The notes: a model not told the origin generated them from the sequence alone. A stretch of 64,000 bases of DNA from Iphione sp. A-MEVVRFRX5 (GCA_976226885.1 OZ320319.1:67022001-67086000), one strand, 5' to 3'. Counted from the first letter of the stretch, positions 38,928-54,046 are shown. A program made the numbers and translations.

Positions 38928-41900
38928 CTTTTCCTTGGAACGGCCGCAGCCGTCAATGTCACACATTAGGCCAGCTGTCCCTTGCTCGGCGGAGCCTCTG
39001 AGAGCCGAGTTAGCGGTAACAAAATGTGATCAGCGCCGGCGGTCTGTGTGAATTATTCAGGTTGTGGCCCCTACTCGCCGACTGTCTGTACTCGCCGAGA
39101 TCGGTCCCGTGGACGCCTTCCAGGGTGCCCTCTGCCGGCACTGAGCAGACGTAGAACTCGCCTGAAAATGTCTTTACATGTCAATGTCCATTACATCTCA
39201 TTAAATTTAGAGTGGTATGAAAAATAATCGGTAGTTTTTTTTCCGCGCGGCTATTTGTTATTAAAGGCGATTCGCTTTCAAATACCAGTAGCAGTGAGGG
39301 TGCACGTATTGATGATTCGTGTATGATTCTTGAATAATATTATAGCGAATGACAAAGGATTGGATTGGTAAGGAGATTATTCACACAATTATTACCGTAT
39401 GTGTATTTTTTACGACTGTCAATAAGGAATGAATTTGTTCTTTTCCCACTCAATTATTGATGCTTCATTCGGAACTAAGAACCATGCATTCATTACGGAC
39501 AGAATATCAGAATCACTAACCCTTGTGCGTGTATTTGTTTCATATACGAATCTAAAAACAGAGACGGACAGAGCATTTCAACATAATAAATTGCTGTGAA
39601 TTCAAACTAGCGTTACTTATTGTGAGCCATGTAAGCCTACGTGATACTGCCACTGCGTTAATGTACCCGTGTCATATTTCAGGATTTCAGAGTTGCCATA
39701 ATTTTTTTCAAGTCACTGTTGCAAATAACAGCATGTTTTGCGTCAGAGAAAAGGTTTAAAATCATTCATTTCTTCGTTAAATTACATTCGAAAGGTTTCC
39801 CATAAGCGGCTGAGAGTGGCTCTGAAAGAAGCATTTCTCGTCACTTGAGCGTGTATGCATCTCGTCGCAAGGTAATGATAGGTACCATGTGTTGGAGCAC
39901 CTTACAAGGGCAGCAGGGAAGTCCTTGTAAGCTGGGGTTCTGCACTTGGAGTTACCGGCCCTGGCAGCCTGTGAAGGGTGACCAGTGGTCACTGTGTACC
40001 ATTTCTCATTGGTCATTAAGCTCCTATACAGTGGATGTCTAACCGGATAGACTGTCTGTCTAGCCCCCAGGCAGGCTGGACACGTACCAGCCAGTCCACA
40101 ACCAGGCCGACGTCGCCACCACTTTCCACCAAGAAAGTAGCGTTATCAGTGTCTCGCAGCTAGGGGCCAGCCCTTTACGTCGGGCGACAGGCAACTGCGC
40201 CCAGCCTCCTCCTCTCGCCTTGTCCCCAGGCACCCCCTCCTTCCCAAACCTTCCTTGTACAATGTGTACCTGCCTTACCGAACAGGCTACGCCGCATCCT
40301 CTCCCCCCCCCCCTGCCTATCCATCGCCCAAACCACACCTCACCCTCATGTCCTCCTGCCTACAGAAAAATCCCCGGCCCACTTGCCTGTCCTTAACGAC
40401 CTGATGCGGCCGTTCGGCACAAACATGTCTGCAGCTGGTAATTTACGAACGAGTCGCCCGTCATTATATCGCCCGCGCATGCGCTCTGAAAGCCGCTGCG
40501 CCGGCGACCACGTGAGGCAGTCGTTGCGTCGGGTTCGGCCATAACAACAAACGCCCGGAAGTAGCCCCGAGCTGCCTTTTTTTTTTTGGGGGGGGGGGGG
40601 GGCCTTCGCCCTCTATGCCGGCGACGGCGGCAGCGGTGGTGGTGGTGGTGGTGGTAGTAACGGTCCCTCGGTAGGGACCCGTAGATTATGATGTTTATGG
40701 GGCACGCGTGCTCCCTTATCCCCCATTCAAGCCTAAAAGTGCGCGGAGATTGCAGCCGTATTCGCTGCGTTCGTGGAAAGGAACCCGCTTTATCCTCCGT
40801 GTCCTCTACCACCCCGCCCATCCCGACCGACTTTGTTGACGCCCAGGGCACGATGCCTCGTCTTTGCTTCTCTGCCGAAGACAAGGAGGAGGAGGGGAAA
40901 TGTGAGGTGTGATCTCTTTCATTTCTGCCCAGTAGTTTGATCGAGGGGAAGCACGTACCTGGTGAGAGGATGAAGTCGCTATTTTGTCCACAGTAAGGCG
41001 ATGGGAGGGCCCCTGAAGGCAGTGTATCGATCCACGGGGTATAAATATGTCTGCGGATGAAAAGCTGCTCGCTCGTTGTGTAGATGCCGGCATGGTACAC
41101 ACGCCAGAGCTTACATACCACCTCAGGAGGATATGTCTTTTCATTGCTGTAGAAAGGAGGTACTTTCTACATCAGGTTTTAGCCTCGTGTGTCAAATACC
41201 ATATCATTCACCATACTCCAGTGTGTATTTTAAGCAGGGGCTTGCGCCAATGCTATATGGTCGAGAGAAAAAGCGACCTTAGGGGAGAAATGTTTGCTTC
41301 TCACGAACAGACAAAATTCCTGTGACGTGCTATGAGGCCTTTAGTGCCATGGACCTCTGGTTCGGGTCAGGGACAGGTTGAAGGTTGGGGGCAGTTGTCC
41401 GGTAGATGGGGTCGCTTTTGGCTGCCTGTAAAGTACGCTGAAGACGAAAGCTTGTGGCGGGGATCGGGGGCCGGTTTGTATTTCAATGAACTATGGGCGG
41501 TGTCTGTTCCCAACGTTGTCGTCAACATGCCCCTCGCCATTCCGCACGACCGGCCGAGGAAACAATCCCTTTAATCTCGAGCTAGGGGATGTCAAGCGTT
41601 TTGAAAAGACCCATCGTCTTGATTCTCCCATTACAGGCTATCTCTACCACTCCTCTCATTGCAGATCTCGACCAGGACTGGGCGAACTGGGCTCTGCCCA
41701 TGAAGCCGCTATCTGGATGGATTAAGACTGCTGTCACGAAAGCCCAGCAGAGGCATCGGCCGTGCATGGTTTACCTAAGCTAGAGATGTGCCAATGGAAG
41801 GGGACAGGACTAGGGCCCGGCTGGTGTGTGTTCGGGAGTAGGAGAAAGAGCAGAAGGAACAGGAGCAGCAGCCGCAGAAGGAGGAAGGCGGATAAGGAGG

Positions 41901-44900
41901 AGGTGATGGTGACAGAGGCCAACACTGAGGGGCGCTGTTGCTGGCGTTTACAAACCTCCTTACAGCCATCTGGGATTGGGTTAGGAAGCGAAGGCGGAAG
42001 AGCTTTTGAGCAGAACATAGTGTCATAGTAGCGCTAGAAGGACTAGGTCACAGGCAAGAGGGTCCAGTAGTGTGAGACGTATGGGGATGGCCAAGGGGCA
42101 ACATCACTTTAGAAATAGTATACAACGATAGCAGTGCGCCTTTGGTGTTTTCTTAGATGCGACGTTCAAATTTATCACAGCTTTCACGCACTCTACAATG
42201 TGCTCCCAAGTGACATTCGTCTTAACGCAACATTTCCGAGGTGCACTTTCCTCCCGTTCTCGATGACTTCTTCTTTCTCCTCGACAACCACACCGTTTTT
42301 TTCCCTCAGGACACAACGGTGTACACGTCTTAAATCCCTACCAGGGAGTAGATTTTGAGCAACTGCCACAGTTCTCTTGGCTGGCAGGCGAAAGGGATGC
42401 GCTTAAATAGTACCTACAGCGTATCCAAGATTGATTTGATGCCGGACTGTTTCCGGACTAGTCGCACATTAGTAAAATATGTAAGTTCATATAGGGGCCC
42501 GGATTTCCTCTCTCGTCGCAGTTACATGGATTAGCATTAATCATCATCTTTTAAACTTCCGAATCATGACTTGAAAGAATATATTTAATACATTAGTTGC
42601 CCTAATACGCCACCTCGTACACAATTATGCCGAGTTTTCCCAAGTGCTGTTCTGGCCACCTTAGTCCCAAGGTACGTCAGTTCATTACGCCGTTCTGTTT
42701 TCCGCTGTTATTAAATCTGCTCTGTTATCACACCTCATGACCTTAACGACGATGTTCCTATCGAGCAGACAGCGTCATACGATGCCAGTGGAAGTATTAA
42801 CCCTGTGGTTGCATGCGTGCGACTTAATCTACCTCTAAAGACCCCACGGCCCACGCCGTCCAAGCCGCCATAAGACATGATCGATCATCGCCTCCCCCGC
42901 TTGTTCCGACCGGCGGGGACGGCGGATAGACGGGCGGATAGAGACGGAGACAGTGTCACGGGCTTTGTCACACGGCCCGGAGGTAAGGTTACTGCGCGCG
43001 CAACGCTCGCTGCGTCGCTGCCCGGCTGCACTTCCGGAGATCGGCCGATGGGCTTGCATACATCAAGGTTAACAACGAGCCTGTCAGTCACTTGATGGAG
43101 ATGACCTTGCGTGACGACTCCGAGGGCCAGCCATGGCTGCGTGGGTGGGTGTTTGGGGAGGAGCGGGGGGAGGGCGGCCAAGGCGTGCTTCCAGTGATAC
43201 AGACCGGCAATAGATGTCAGCATGCAGACAGTGCTACTCTGAAATAGCCGGAGTTGAATGATATACGATGGTGTCCTTGAAATGCATAGTGCCCTTCAAA
43301 ATTATCGATGGTCCTCATTGAACTCGACGACAAAGAAAAGTGCTGGCATTTAGAAAGCTCTGACCTACTTATAATGTTTTAATACCTGGCCACATAGCTT
43401 CCTCCAATGACCTGCCTCAGTGCCTCTCCCCCAAGAGAGAGCTGCGTTTAGTGCCCCTCTTACTAGCCATCATCGCTTTCTTATTTCGCTTTTTCACCTT
43501 TTCTTTCGCGAGTGTCCCTATTCATCTGAATAACTCTGGCAACTCTCTCGCGCTACCGGGCAATAATTTCCAGCATGCATACGCCAGAGTGCAACTGGAT
43601 TTCTGCCTTAAGTTTGTCCATTGCACCACTGCGCGATGCACGCCTATCAACAAGCTGTCAATACAGTCTGTCACGGCCATACAAGAGCTGGCCAAATCCG
43701 GTCTACGTTTACGCGCGTCTCACAAGTGTCCTATCAATGACTGCCATATTGTTCCAAAGGCCGGTTGTAGTGTGTAGCTCCCTCTAGTGAATAGCCCTGG
43801 CGCGCCCTCTTGCGTCGATGTGGAGAATAGTTAGGAGCGCCGACTGGTGACCGTCAGTTCTCTGCAGGCATCAGGTAAAACAAAAGCCACGCAATGACAA
43901 CGGCGGCCACCCAGGGATGTTGCAGCTTTGCCGATAGAGTACCTTTCATAGTTCTATTGTTGTCCTGGTGAGTTTCATTTTCCGCGTGGCAGCTTGTATC
44001 CAGATAGCTTTAGAGTTATCCATAGGATATACCTCTCTTGTGGCAGACTGTATTTTATTACAAAACGAGCATATATCTGTGTACACACAGATACATTGCG
44101 TGTAAAATGCTAGTGTGCCTTTTATTGTCTCGAGGAAAACATATTTATACCTGTTTAAATGTGTCTGCAGTTCATATACTTTGTTTCTGGCATGACATTG
44201 GCTTTGCCCTGATGTCTGGTTTTTGTCACGCTGCCGCTGATATATACGCAGACAAACTGTGTGTAGGCGATGTGAGTCACCACGATGTGGCAATTAAATT
44301 ATAATACAAGTACCGACCTTAATCATAGATAGGTATACATGGTAGTATCGCAGATATAGATCACCATCTGTCACGACATTTTCATTTACATAGTAGTTAG
44401 ATGAGGAGAGTTCCACATGAGTGTATCTTACCCACACAAGTAGGCACATTAATAATCATTCAGAAGCTTGATAAGCAAACACAATATCAGGAAACAAATA
44501 ACGTATTAATTATAGATTGTTGTCAAACTTTGATCTGTTCAGTGAAAAAAGAAATGTGCAATTTATGCTTTGGATTCCTTTGTCTGCTTCTGGTTATCAT
44601 GTCTGCAACTGTAATTGCTAGTTACATTTATTTATTCACGTCACAAAGTGCAGCTAATGGGGCTTAATTGCACTCAGTATTCTCGAATTGGCCCTTAACA
44701 AACCTGCCCTAGCTACACGACTCCCCTGCACTTTCCATTAACACAATGCCGGGTCTGCGGAGGGGAATGTAGGGAAGAGTTAATTGTGGTAAGTTACAAT
44801 GGGTGTTTGCTATTTTTTTCCAGACGAGTCTCGGTGAGACAAGCCCTGTATTATCCCTGTCTTACGTGAGAAGAGCCTACTGTGTAGACGTTAAAGTGAA

Positions 44901-47900
44901 AGGAGCCCCCCAAGAGACTGTCTCAGTGATTTTGTTACACCTAAACACAACTATTATGTAGCCGAGGTGAACCCGGTGTTTAATGTACTATCTTTGGAAT
45001 AAGTAGCCTCTCACTAATGCGGCCACTACAGTAGTGTAGGCAACCACCTAGAAAGGGCATATGCTAGTCCCAGTAATATGTGACATAAAGAAACTCCCTG
45101 AGTTGCAGGAGAAATTCGTCACTGAGGGTTAATGTAGCTGGTCCTTCTAATGGTCGTAGACTGTACTCGCATACTTTTCCAGATTCTTAATATCGTTCCG
45201 CGTGTATTTGTTCATATTTATACACAGAGGAAGATCGTCTGAATCTGTTCAGAATCATTGATAACACTGTCTTCATATATCAACTGTTAACAGATGTAAA
45301 TTATATCATATGCACATAATGTTTTGAGGTATCAGAAGAATTGTTATCAATGATAGTACTCGTTTTAGGAATGAGAAAAGGCAACCGTTTATTTTACATT
45401 CAGACTATACCCATCAACAATATCTTCCGTAAACCTATGAAAATGCCTGAAGAATGGGCGCAGGTCTAATAATGACCATAGCCGTGATGTATGGATGTGG
45501 CTGATGGATGCACATAATATCAAACCTGAGCATTATAGAAGGATGTAGCTCATTGCCTAGGTGGTCTGGTGTGCTACTGAAATTACATACTTAAATAAGG
45601 AGCGGTGAGCAAAAGAAGATTGTTACTGTTTTATATCCATTTGACTGGACTGACGATGTTCGGCGCATGACGTTCCTGTCACTGCAGTTGTAAAGGTCAT
45701 TCCCATGGCTTGCGAGCCGAAAAATCGGCTTGATACCCCTGGCAAATGCGGTCAATTCAAGTCATCCTGGTCAATTCAAACAGTCAGATTACCAAGGTAA
45801 ATGGTGCCCGAATTGATGACAACTTGTCATTATTCATGAACACCAAATCTAGCGGCACACGGAACTAATATCTATGCAAAGCGTCCCGGCATGGTCATCG
45901 GCCACTTGGGCCGGTCGCCGACGAGCTGTGGCCCACACGACCCGGGCGACTATCAGAATAGCTATTACATCTTCCACAACTCCGGTGACGTCAAGACTCC
46001 ATGTGTAGAATCGCTGATGAAGAGAAAGATGCAGTCACGTCGTCCCATAGATCATTCGGTCCATTCTTTCGTCCCGCCGTCTTGGACAATCATGAGAAAT
46101 CGATGCAACCTCTAGCCCTCATACACTACGTTATGGTCCACCACAATGCAGGTTTGCCCACAGCTAATCCAGCGTCCGCCAGTCGGTCTGTCACACCAAT
46201 GCCTCAGTTGGAATCTCTTTCAACAGTCTGTACCTGCATATTGTGCTAAGGATACGTTCTTGGTGACCTGCCGTAATGTACCTAGCACAGTGAAAATTTG
46301 CGTCAGTATAATTTCTAATAGCACGTCAGAGATTTGATTTATTGCTGAATGTACTGTAAGCGTTGAGATCAATTGCACTATTATTACTTTCTTTGGGCCT
46401 TCTTAAGAACTAATTCGGGGTGTTTACCCTTGGAGATAAAATAAGGCTTCGTCGCTTTCCTCCTGCAGAAAGGACTTGCTGGTCGGTCGTGTTCTCAGTC
46501 AATTCGTTATAGCCGTATCATGGAAGGCTGACATTAAGAACGTACCACCGCGTGCCTCCTTAAATCATTCATCCTTTGGCTTCATCGCAGTTGTGCCGAC
46601 TACTACGTGCTGTTGGGCGCCGTCTTGTTTACGAGCCACTTCCCACCGTTACCAGCAACGCGACTTTCTGCTTAGTATTGGCTCAATTTGCCCAGAATCA
46701 TGAAATCCGTCCATGAGAACACCAATCAAGAAGAATATGATTGGAGGTAGGCGTGTGCCACGTGTATAGATCGCATTGGGGCTTTAGGACTCCCTGCACA
46801 CAGGAAGGAGTCCATTGGCATCTTTTTGGTAGGGGGCTACATCGTTTTTATTAGTATACTAGCACAATAGTTACGGGGCAGACCAGACCAAACATGCCGA
46901 ACGACACGCTGAGCGAGCAGGACAAGCTGCTGATTAATAATTCCCTGTAGTGTCTAGGAGTCATTGTCCTCGCACCCCTTTGTAATAAGATGCCAATTGG
47001 TCCGTAGGACATTGCACTAGACAAGCCGGTATCAGCGGGCGGGCCGGCTAGCCAATGTGTTCGACTGCCAGCAGGCATACCTTGGGTCCTTGCTCGATGG
47101 CCGTGATGGGAATGAGTGAAGAGGTGCATTGGCGGTCACATCAAAGGTGGATCATTAAGCTTACCTGGTCAGGTACGTGGCCAAACACATAGGGCGCCTC
47201 GCCCCGGGCGGCCAGCTGCCCAGCCTCCCTCCATCCCAGGCCAGTGCGCCTCATCACGAACCCCACGAACCCCCGTTGAGCCACATGACGAACCCCCCAC
47301 CCACTTGTTCTCGCGAATCATTTTTCAAGGCCAAGACATGACTAAATTTGCTCGTCACAAGCCTTCCTGGGTTTGCCTTCATCGTATGTGATGTGGTCAC
47401 TGGCTGGCCTTGGGTAAACTTTGAGGATGTTGCTGTAAATCTGTGTAGCAATATAGCTGGCAGATTGTCAGTGGGTAGGCAAAGTTGTGGATTCGCATGA
47501 AACGTTGGCGCCTCCTCCCGTAATGTAATTATCGGGTACATAAAATGATGACGTGACCTAGACAAAACATTAGGCGGTGTAACTGGGCATTTGGCTAAAT
47601 CTCCAATTTACTTTCCACACTTTCCATATGTGCATATTTAGGTCCGTGTCTGCGTAGTGAGCGTGAAACACCATGTATGGATGGACATACAGATCTGTAA
47701 ATATTTACAGTTAGTGCTTGTACCCTATGGATCCCTAAATGAGGCGAGTAGCATAGGGAAGTTGTTCTCTGTGGCTTATTACTGCACGGGAGGGGTATAG
47801 ACATTATATTGGAGAGCGTGGTTTACTTGTTTAAATTGCTGTTTTATTCAGAAACTGAAAAAAGAGCAAAATATGGTTGGAAAAAGTATATTTCTTGACT

Positions 47901-50557
47901 AAAAATCAACGAAACATGCTATCATCCTCATACTTGTTCGTTGTTCCGCAATATGTTGACCATTCATTTAACATATATCTTCTGTATTTTAAGTTACTTT
48001 TGTGAAAACCAAAGCTCCCCTATATTAGCAGTAAACTCACATATATCACGTTTTCCCTGATATTTCCAGGTTCTGTTTCTGCTACATTATAAACTCTGAT
48101 TGTGCACATACAACATCCACTGCGAGTGTGTTTGTGTGTGTGCACGTGTGTACGTGCGTATGTGTGTAAGCTCGAAGTCCCCTTTTTTTAAGAGGATCCT
48201 CCTTCATGTTCCATAGTTACCATCAGATAAGGTCTGTTGTTACCTGTATACTGCTCGTAACACACAGAGGTGTCAGATCTCTTGTAGCCTCTCCCAGCCC
48301 AGAGCACCCTCTTACTTTTCGCTGCATACGCATTGTGGATTTTGACAAATGTTTGGCAAACTGATTGTATAGAACTATCATTAACATATGTCAAAGTCTT
48401 GATCGTCCTTACACAGTTGATGAATAATCCAAACACTGGTAAATAGATACATGTTCTATCTTCCCTTTGAACACAGGCCTATAGACCGCAGCTCTCAAAT
48501 AGACAAATAGCAACTTTATCATGTATATTTCCATGGAAATCAGTTCTATGTACGGATGTTTCTATAGTATGCTGTGCTCCTACAACGGAAGACTCAGCAT
48601 GATTTAGGCAATCACTACGGCTCCTGCATTTTCCAAGGGAAAAACAACATGTAACTGTATCCTCGCGCTTGAATGCACCACTACTACAGACCGCCCCTGA
48701 TACATAAAGACTCTAATTTATTCTGTTCGGTCCTCGCGGCCCTTTTCAAGGCCCTTTCAAGTGGCTACTACTAACTACATCTTTGTGTGCTCCAGACGAG
48801 CTGCTATCTAAGTTCCGGCCATCTGCTGCTAGCTACCATAGAGACTATGGAGACTCCTAAGCCTCTCCTTTCTGAGCAGCGCCCATCATCAAGAGCCCTT
48901 CTTAGTATTCCAACTGCTAGTGCGACCTTGCCAACCGTCAAGGCCACCTACTAGAGTCTAGGTGCCGCTCACATTTGGCCATCTTTTCTTTTCCAATTTT
49001 TTTCTTGAGTTCCTCCCTCCTCCTTCTGAGCTACTCGTGGATTTAATAGCTCCGTGAATCATCCTAGAGCCAGGTATTCCCGAAATTTTACTCCTTGCTT
49101 CCAAGGTGTAGTAGGGCTTTTAAGAAAGTACTTTCGCCTTTGCTTTGAATAATGAAATGTATATATAAATAATGTTGATCATTGTAGGTAGATTCAGGAG
49201 TCATTTTTTCAAGGTTGCTAGTTTTACAGATGATCATCTATTTACCATAGGTTCTAATGTTTTATATGTACATGTGCACTTTAACAGTTGCAGCTGAAAA
49301 GACTGATTTGGAAACATAAATAAATCAGCCAGATATATATTGTACATGTTTGTATTTAAAATATGTATTAACTGTAGTACTCTAACGCGGTTGACTAAAT
49401 GACGAATGCATAACGCCACAACAGGTTTTCCAAGCTGTTTATTTTCATCTGTAAGAGCTCCATTTATGAAGAAACTGATCAAATCCACCGATCAGAGTAA
49501 AAGTTGCACTACTCAGGCAATCGTAGCATAGACCTCTCGTTAAGATACAGTCTAACATATCAGTAGCACCGTTTGAGCCAATGAGTATAAAGTTCTTAAT
49601 CCTGATACAAAATATCCTTATACTGACAAACGACTAGGATAAGAATCCTTTCAACGCTTTATCTTTCAAATCAGTCTTTAATGTCTAACCAATAGCTGTA
49701 GTCTCATGTAATTACATGGGTTTCGACTGGTGGTACAGGGCTGTGTACTAATTGACTGAAGGTCCTAATATTAGGATGTATTGGTGTTTCTATATTGATA
49801 AGGTAAGGGGCGGTTATCTGAGTAGAACTTATCTTCTACCAGAGAATTACGTTCGTGTCAAACTGTATAGGGATATCAGGACATGATGTATTAGCTGGTG
49901 TCCAGAGCTGTCAGCCAGTATATCAGATATAAAGCACTCAGTGTATCATCGCAATCTTAAGAACTAGACAAGACCCGCTGTTCAAAAACAGGTAGAGAAT
50001 GGCGAAAAGCGTAAGCCAACAAAAATTGCTTCCAATTTCTTCATGTTATAAGTCACTGGGTAAATCAGATTGGGTCATACTGTATTCTGGATTTGCCTGA
50101 CCAACATTTGTCTTCTGTTTTATAGGTGATTTACTGCATTGTTGTGCCAAAGATTGTTAAAGATTTTAGTGACAAGTGTCATCAGACTACACGGACCCAT
50201 TTCCATGTACATGTACCTATGTTCTCAAAGCTGCGTTTGATGCCATGTCTCCATGAATTTCGGCACCTATGTTAAAATATTGTAGTGTTTCCATATATCA
50301 AAGAAGGGCACAATGCATCCACAGATGGCACAAATTACACAAAATGTATTGCTTCTTGGCCAGATTCATACACAAATGGCACAAATCCATCCGTTTTGTG
50401 ACAATTTTGTGACAAATGCCCTTTTTTATCCAAATTTATGCACAGGTGGCATATAATACTCGAAATCATTCTGTACATATTATATACAAAAGCTATAATC
50501 CATACAATTTTCTATCCCTGTTCTCTGTATTTCTATGCATATCTACACTAATCATCT

Positions 50558-50673
50558 GAGGCCTCGAATTCTTAGCCATTGGTGACTAACTTTCATAGGT
50601 CAAAATGATGGTGCCAAAAGTGACCTAAGGATGTTAGTCACCTTAGTCATATTTGACTAAGAGGATTAGTCAC
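50558..50673. repeat. Cluster of TGACTAA motifs in both orientations, likely a DNA-transposon subterminal remnant
   Basis: ggtgactaac 50581, gttagtcacc 50633, ttagtcat 50643, tgactaa 50654, ttagtcac 50666, preceded by gaggcctcgaatt. Confidence 0.45.
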
Positions 50674-53064
50674 TTAATTTCCAGGAAAATATACTTTGTG
50701 TTTATCATACAAATAAAAGAGTATAGGAATAGAAAAGTGCTCTGAAAGACTTTAGTTACATGGTGTGTCAATATAAACGGTGTGAGGGAGAAGGTAAACA
50801 GAAGACATTACTTTAAAATCAGTGAGGGAAAGATTTATTGTATTTTGCAATTCATGTCAATATAGGCTTCAAATAGAGGACATTCTTCATCGCTTTATAA
50901 TCAAGTATCTACCCTCTTGCAGGGTCAAGGTACTTTGCCTCAAGTATTATAGTCATGCCATTAAAAAGGTTTTGGTTATTAAATGCAACACATCGAATGG
51001 TGTCTAACGTAATTTGCCTTATCTGCAAATTTGCCGCTGTCGGGAAAAAGTGAAATATTCAAAATTTACCAGAAATCTATGGATAAAATTTCAAACTTAA
51101 TTTTCAGGAAGGGGCACAGATGAAGGGATGATAATGATCTTGATCGACAAGTAATTTGCAGCTTGGTGACTCCAAGTCCTAGGACCAGACGCATTGCAGA
51201 GATAATTCCCATGCGTAGAGTATGGATTAATCCCGAAGTGTCAATCAATGCCGCTTTCCTAGCACGCTGCTTCGTCAAGGATGTCTTTCAGGGGAAACTT
51301 TTAGTCCGGTTCTCCTTGATGCCTTTATTCCCTACTCGCTGGGAAAAGGCATGTGGGAGGTCAGTCTGGGTGAACAGATAAGACACTTCCTCTGCCTGAC
51401 CTTTTTTTTATACTACGAGAACTCTTTTGTTATTTCTCGGCATTCATTCACGCCCTTACCTATGTGAGTTTGTGTGTATGTGAGTGTGTATGTTTGTATG
51501 ATGAAAAGAGACGATGCGCAGCTGCATGGGTGGGACGGGGATGATTCGGCGGAGTGGATGTGAGGTTGGTGGCCACTGCCCTGGGGCCAATTATCCAACG
51601 CGTAGCGGCAGGCGGCAGACGGGGCAAAAGTGTCACCGGCGCGGGGCGCCTTCTGTCTACGTCGCCGCCGCGCGCCTCGGTTGGAGCGCACATTGATTTC
51701 GCACAAATGAGTGTGCCTGTACTATTTCTTGCCCGCACGGGGGCGCCACATGCCGATTGCTAATAAACCATCCGTCAAACCAGTCGACTGGGGGTGGGTG
51801 AAACCGCGCGTGCGCCGCCCGCGATGGGATCGAGGCGATCCTTTTGTATGCCAGAACTTGCTGGCCTTAGACCCTGGTATACCTGACCCGTGTGAGATTC
51901 TCATTCTCACGACGTAGACTAGAATGTTCCCTACGTGTGTGGATGGTGCAGACTTGTTCCTCTTCCTTATAAGATGGTCGCAAGGTGGTTGGGGGAAGGG
52001 TGGCGACGACTCTTGGCCATGTGATCCATTACCAGATTCCTAGAACCGCACACCGCGTCTGCAGAGTGACACTGCCCTAACGGTGCCCATGGCATTACCG
52101 ACCCTTCCTCTTCAAAACCCTCTCTCTTTTCCCAAAACCCACTTTCAAGCAGATTTCTTCTCTGCCCCTGTCCTTCTCGTGGGAGGAGCTAGGATGGACA
52201 CCGCGCAGCACACCGTTGGGATCGGTCTACAGCGGAGGTAATTCATTTATTGCCAACTGGTGGTGCTGCCAAATGAAGTCTGACGTGCGTTTGCAGACGA
52301 CTTTCCGGTGGCGTATTGACTTTCACTTCGCCCTTGACACCTCCACCACCGCCCCGTCGTTGTATGCGTCTCCGTCGGCGACGTTAGCGTCGTCTGCTGC
52401 GTTAGTTTAAATTTGACCTCTGTACCGGTTCAGGCCTGATCACACGCTCCGACTTGACGATTTTTGGCGTCGACCGAGACGCTGTGCAGTGCTGGTCAGT
52501 GTCATTAGCGTCACCATTTACATTGCGCCCATATTTTTTCGCCGTCGGCCCCGGCAATTTCAGCGATGCACGGCGACATTTTCTACTGTAAGTGGCAGTA
52601 ATAAATGCACAGTAATAACCGAAAAACGTCACAGGACTGTCCGATTTTCAATTGCAATTACGTCCCACCTACACTTGGTGAGTGCTTTGCTTTGTATGAA
52701 GAAGCACCCAAATAAAAAGCACGGATCAATCTATAATGGCGCAGTGAAAAAGTACGCACAGAAGAGAAAAAGCTTTTTAGTTCTCCCCCGGGACCAATGA
52801 AGCAGCTGCAAAGCAAATACAGCCATTTGACGGTATAAAACCATCTACACGAAAAGAAAACAGCCATTTTTAATAGGATAGGAGAAAAAACAGAAAATGG
52901 CCACGGGGAACAGATTTATTTGAGATACGAGCTGAGGATACGGTGCTAACCTAATCAATTCTAAACCTTTCGTCACTACCATGCAGATAAGATGTAAAGT
53001 GGCCTGTCATAACGACTAGAGGAAAGCATGAAAGATTATTACAATAACCAAGATTCTAGGCATT

Positions 53065-53310
53065 ATATCAACGGCCGATACATAACAAGATCATTAAATG
53101 AAAATCACGAAGCCTAAGATAGACACAGCCATAGGCCAACACTTCAACCGTAACAACCACAAAGGTCTACAGGACCTAGTAATCCACATTACTTAGTGTA
53201 TGCCCCTCCATTCGGATTCAGAGAAAGCTATAGAAATAAGGAATCAACTGGAGAAGAAGTGGATCTTCAAATAGGAAAATTAATGATCATACGTGTGAAC
53301 ATGATAGGTG
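53065..53310 (+). mobile_element. Penelope-like element remnant: GIY-YIG endonuclease C-terminal part
   Basis: YINGRYITRSLNE, then after a frameshift (frame from 53116) KIDTAIGQHFNRNNHKGLQDLVIHIT*CMPLHSDSEKAIEIRNQLEKKWIFK*. This matches the Penelope pattern T-x-RxL..R / DTxVxxHFN..xH / R..xE..WI. It has stops and frameshifts. Confidence 0.75.
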
Positions 53311-53974
53311 CTCCAGATTGCTCTACTTGACTTTCCACTGAGTGGTGCCACATCTTTTTCATAGACAATTTTTAGCCTATTCTGGTGGTTAGCACCACAC
53401 TTTGGAAATATGCGTAGCTACGTAAAAAAAGACATATTTAGATCAGCCAGTATTACAGACTGCCAGAAGCAACCACCCACCCCAGAAGTGGAGTAGGGAT
53501 ATCCCATTAAATTCCAACTGGATGTACTCAGAAAAGAATAAGCAAAACCCTTGTCAGTATATCCAAGACATAAAGCAAATTCTTATGCATGCATTATATT
53601 AACAATTCCCACCAACTATCTGATGAATTTCACAGAAACTATTTTCCTAGAATAAACATGAACACTTGGAGGCGTGAGATTTGAACAATTAAAGCTGTCA
53701 CCGAGCAAGCATTAGCTTCTTGAGGAACACCTATAAGAAGGTACAAAGCCAGTGACTGAATTGCTTACATCTACTCACTCTTGCTCATAGTTCCTTTTAA
53801 TGAAATTTGACTTCTTACCACATTGAAACTTTGTCCACTACTCTCTTTTTCTGTACTGAAGTCATTATAACCTCTGCCAGTCGTATCAAGGTGGTTACAT
53901 TGACTGTTCTTAGGCATTATGTTTACTTGACCAAGGGTTACATGAACGTATTCAAAGCATGGAAAAATTCAGAA

Positions 53975-54046
53975 ATGGGACCACCCCTTAATGAAACCAT
54001 TCTTGCAAAGAATCTAGGGTGGTCCCATTAATGAGGTTCTACTGTA
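53975..54046. mobile_element. Single end of a pogo/Tigger-like MITE
   Basis: Ends gaggttctACTG|TA, with an internal inverted pair atgggaccaccc (53975-53986) / gggtggtcccat (54017-54028). The other end was not found. Confidence 0.6.

Noticed and set aside
40393-41121. 242-aa minus-strand ORF, the second longest in the window
   Set aside because: It is driven by GC-rich, GGT/poly-G/poly-T low-complexity sequence (HHHHHH, PPPPP, KKKK) with no domain motif.
45254-45354. 13-bp inverted repeat (atcattgataaca) with a spacer of about 75 nt
   Set aside because: Close to chance expectation in 64 kb of AT-rich DNA, and no TSD.
45886-45945. ccggcatggtc resembling the 5' end of an HDV-like ribozyme
   Set aside because: There is no G1 wobble pair, L3/P1.1 or J4/2 catalytic segment; only an 11-nt resemblance.
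47156-47170. cttacctgg resembling the U1 snRNA 5' end
   Set aside because: A 9-nt match only; the downstream sequence is unlike U1.
53620-53638. CTGATGA...GAAA downstream of the Penelope remnant
   Set aside because: The intervening atttcaca cannot form stem II, and there is no stem III with a UH cleavage site.
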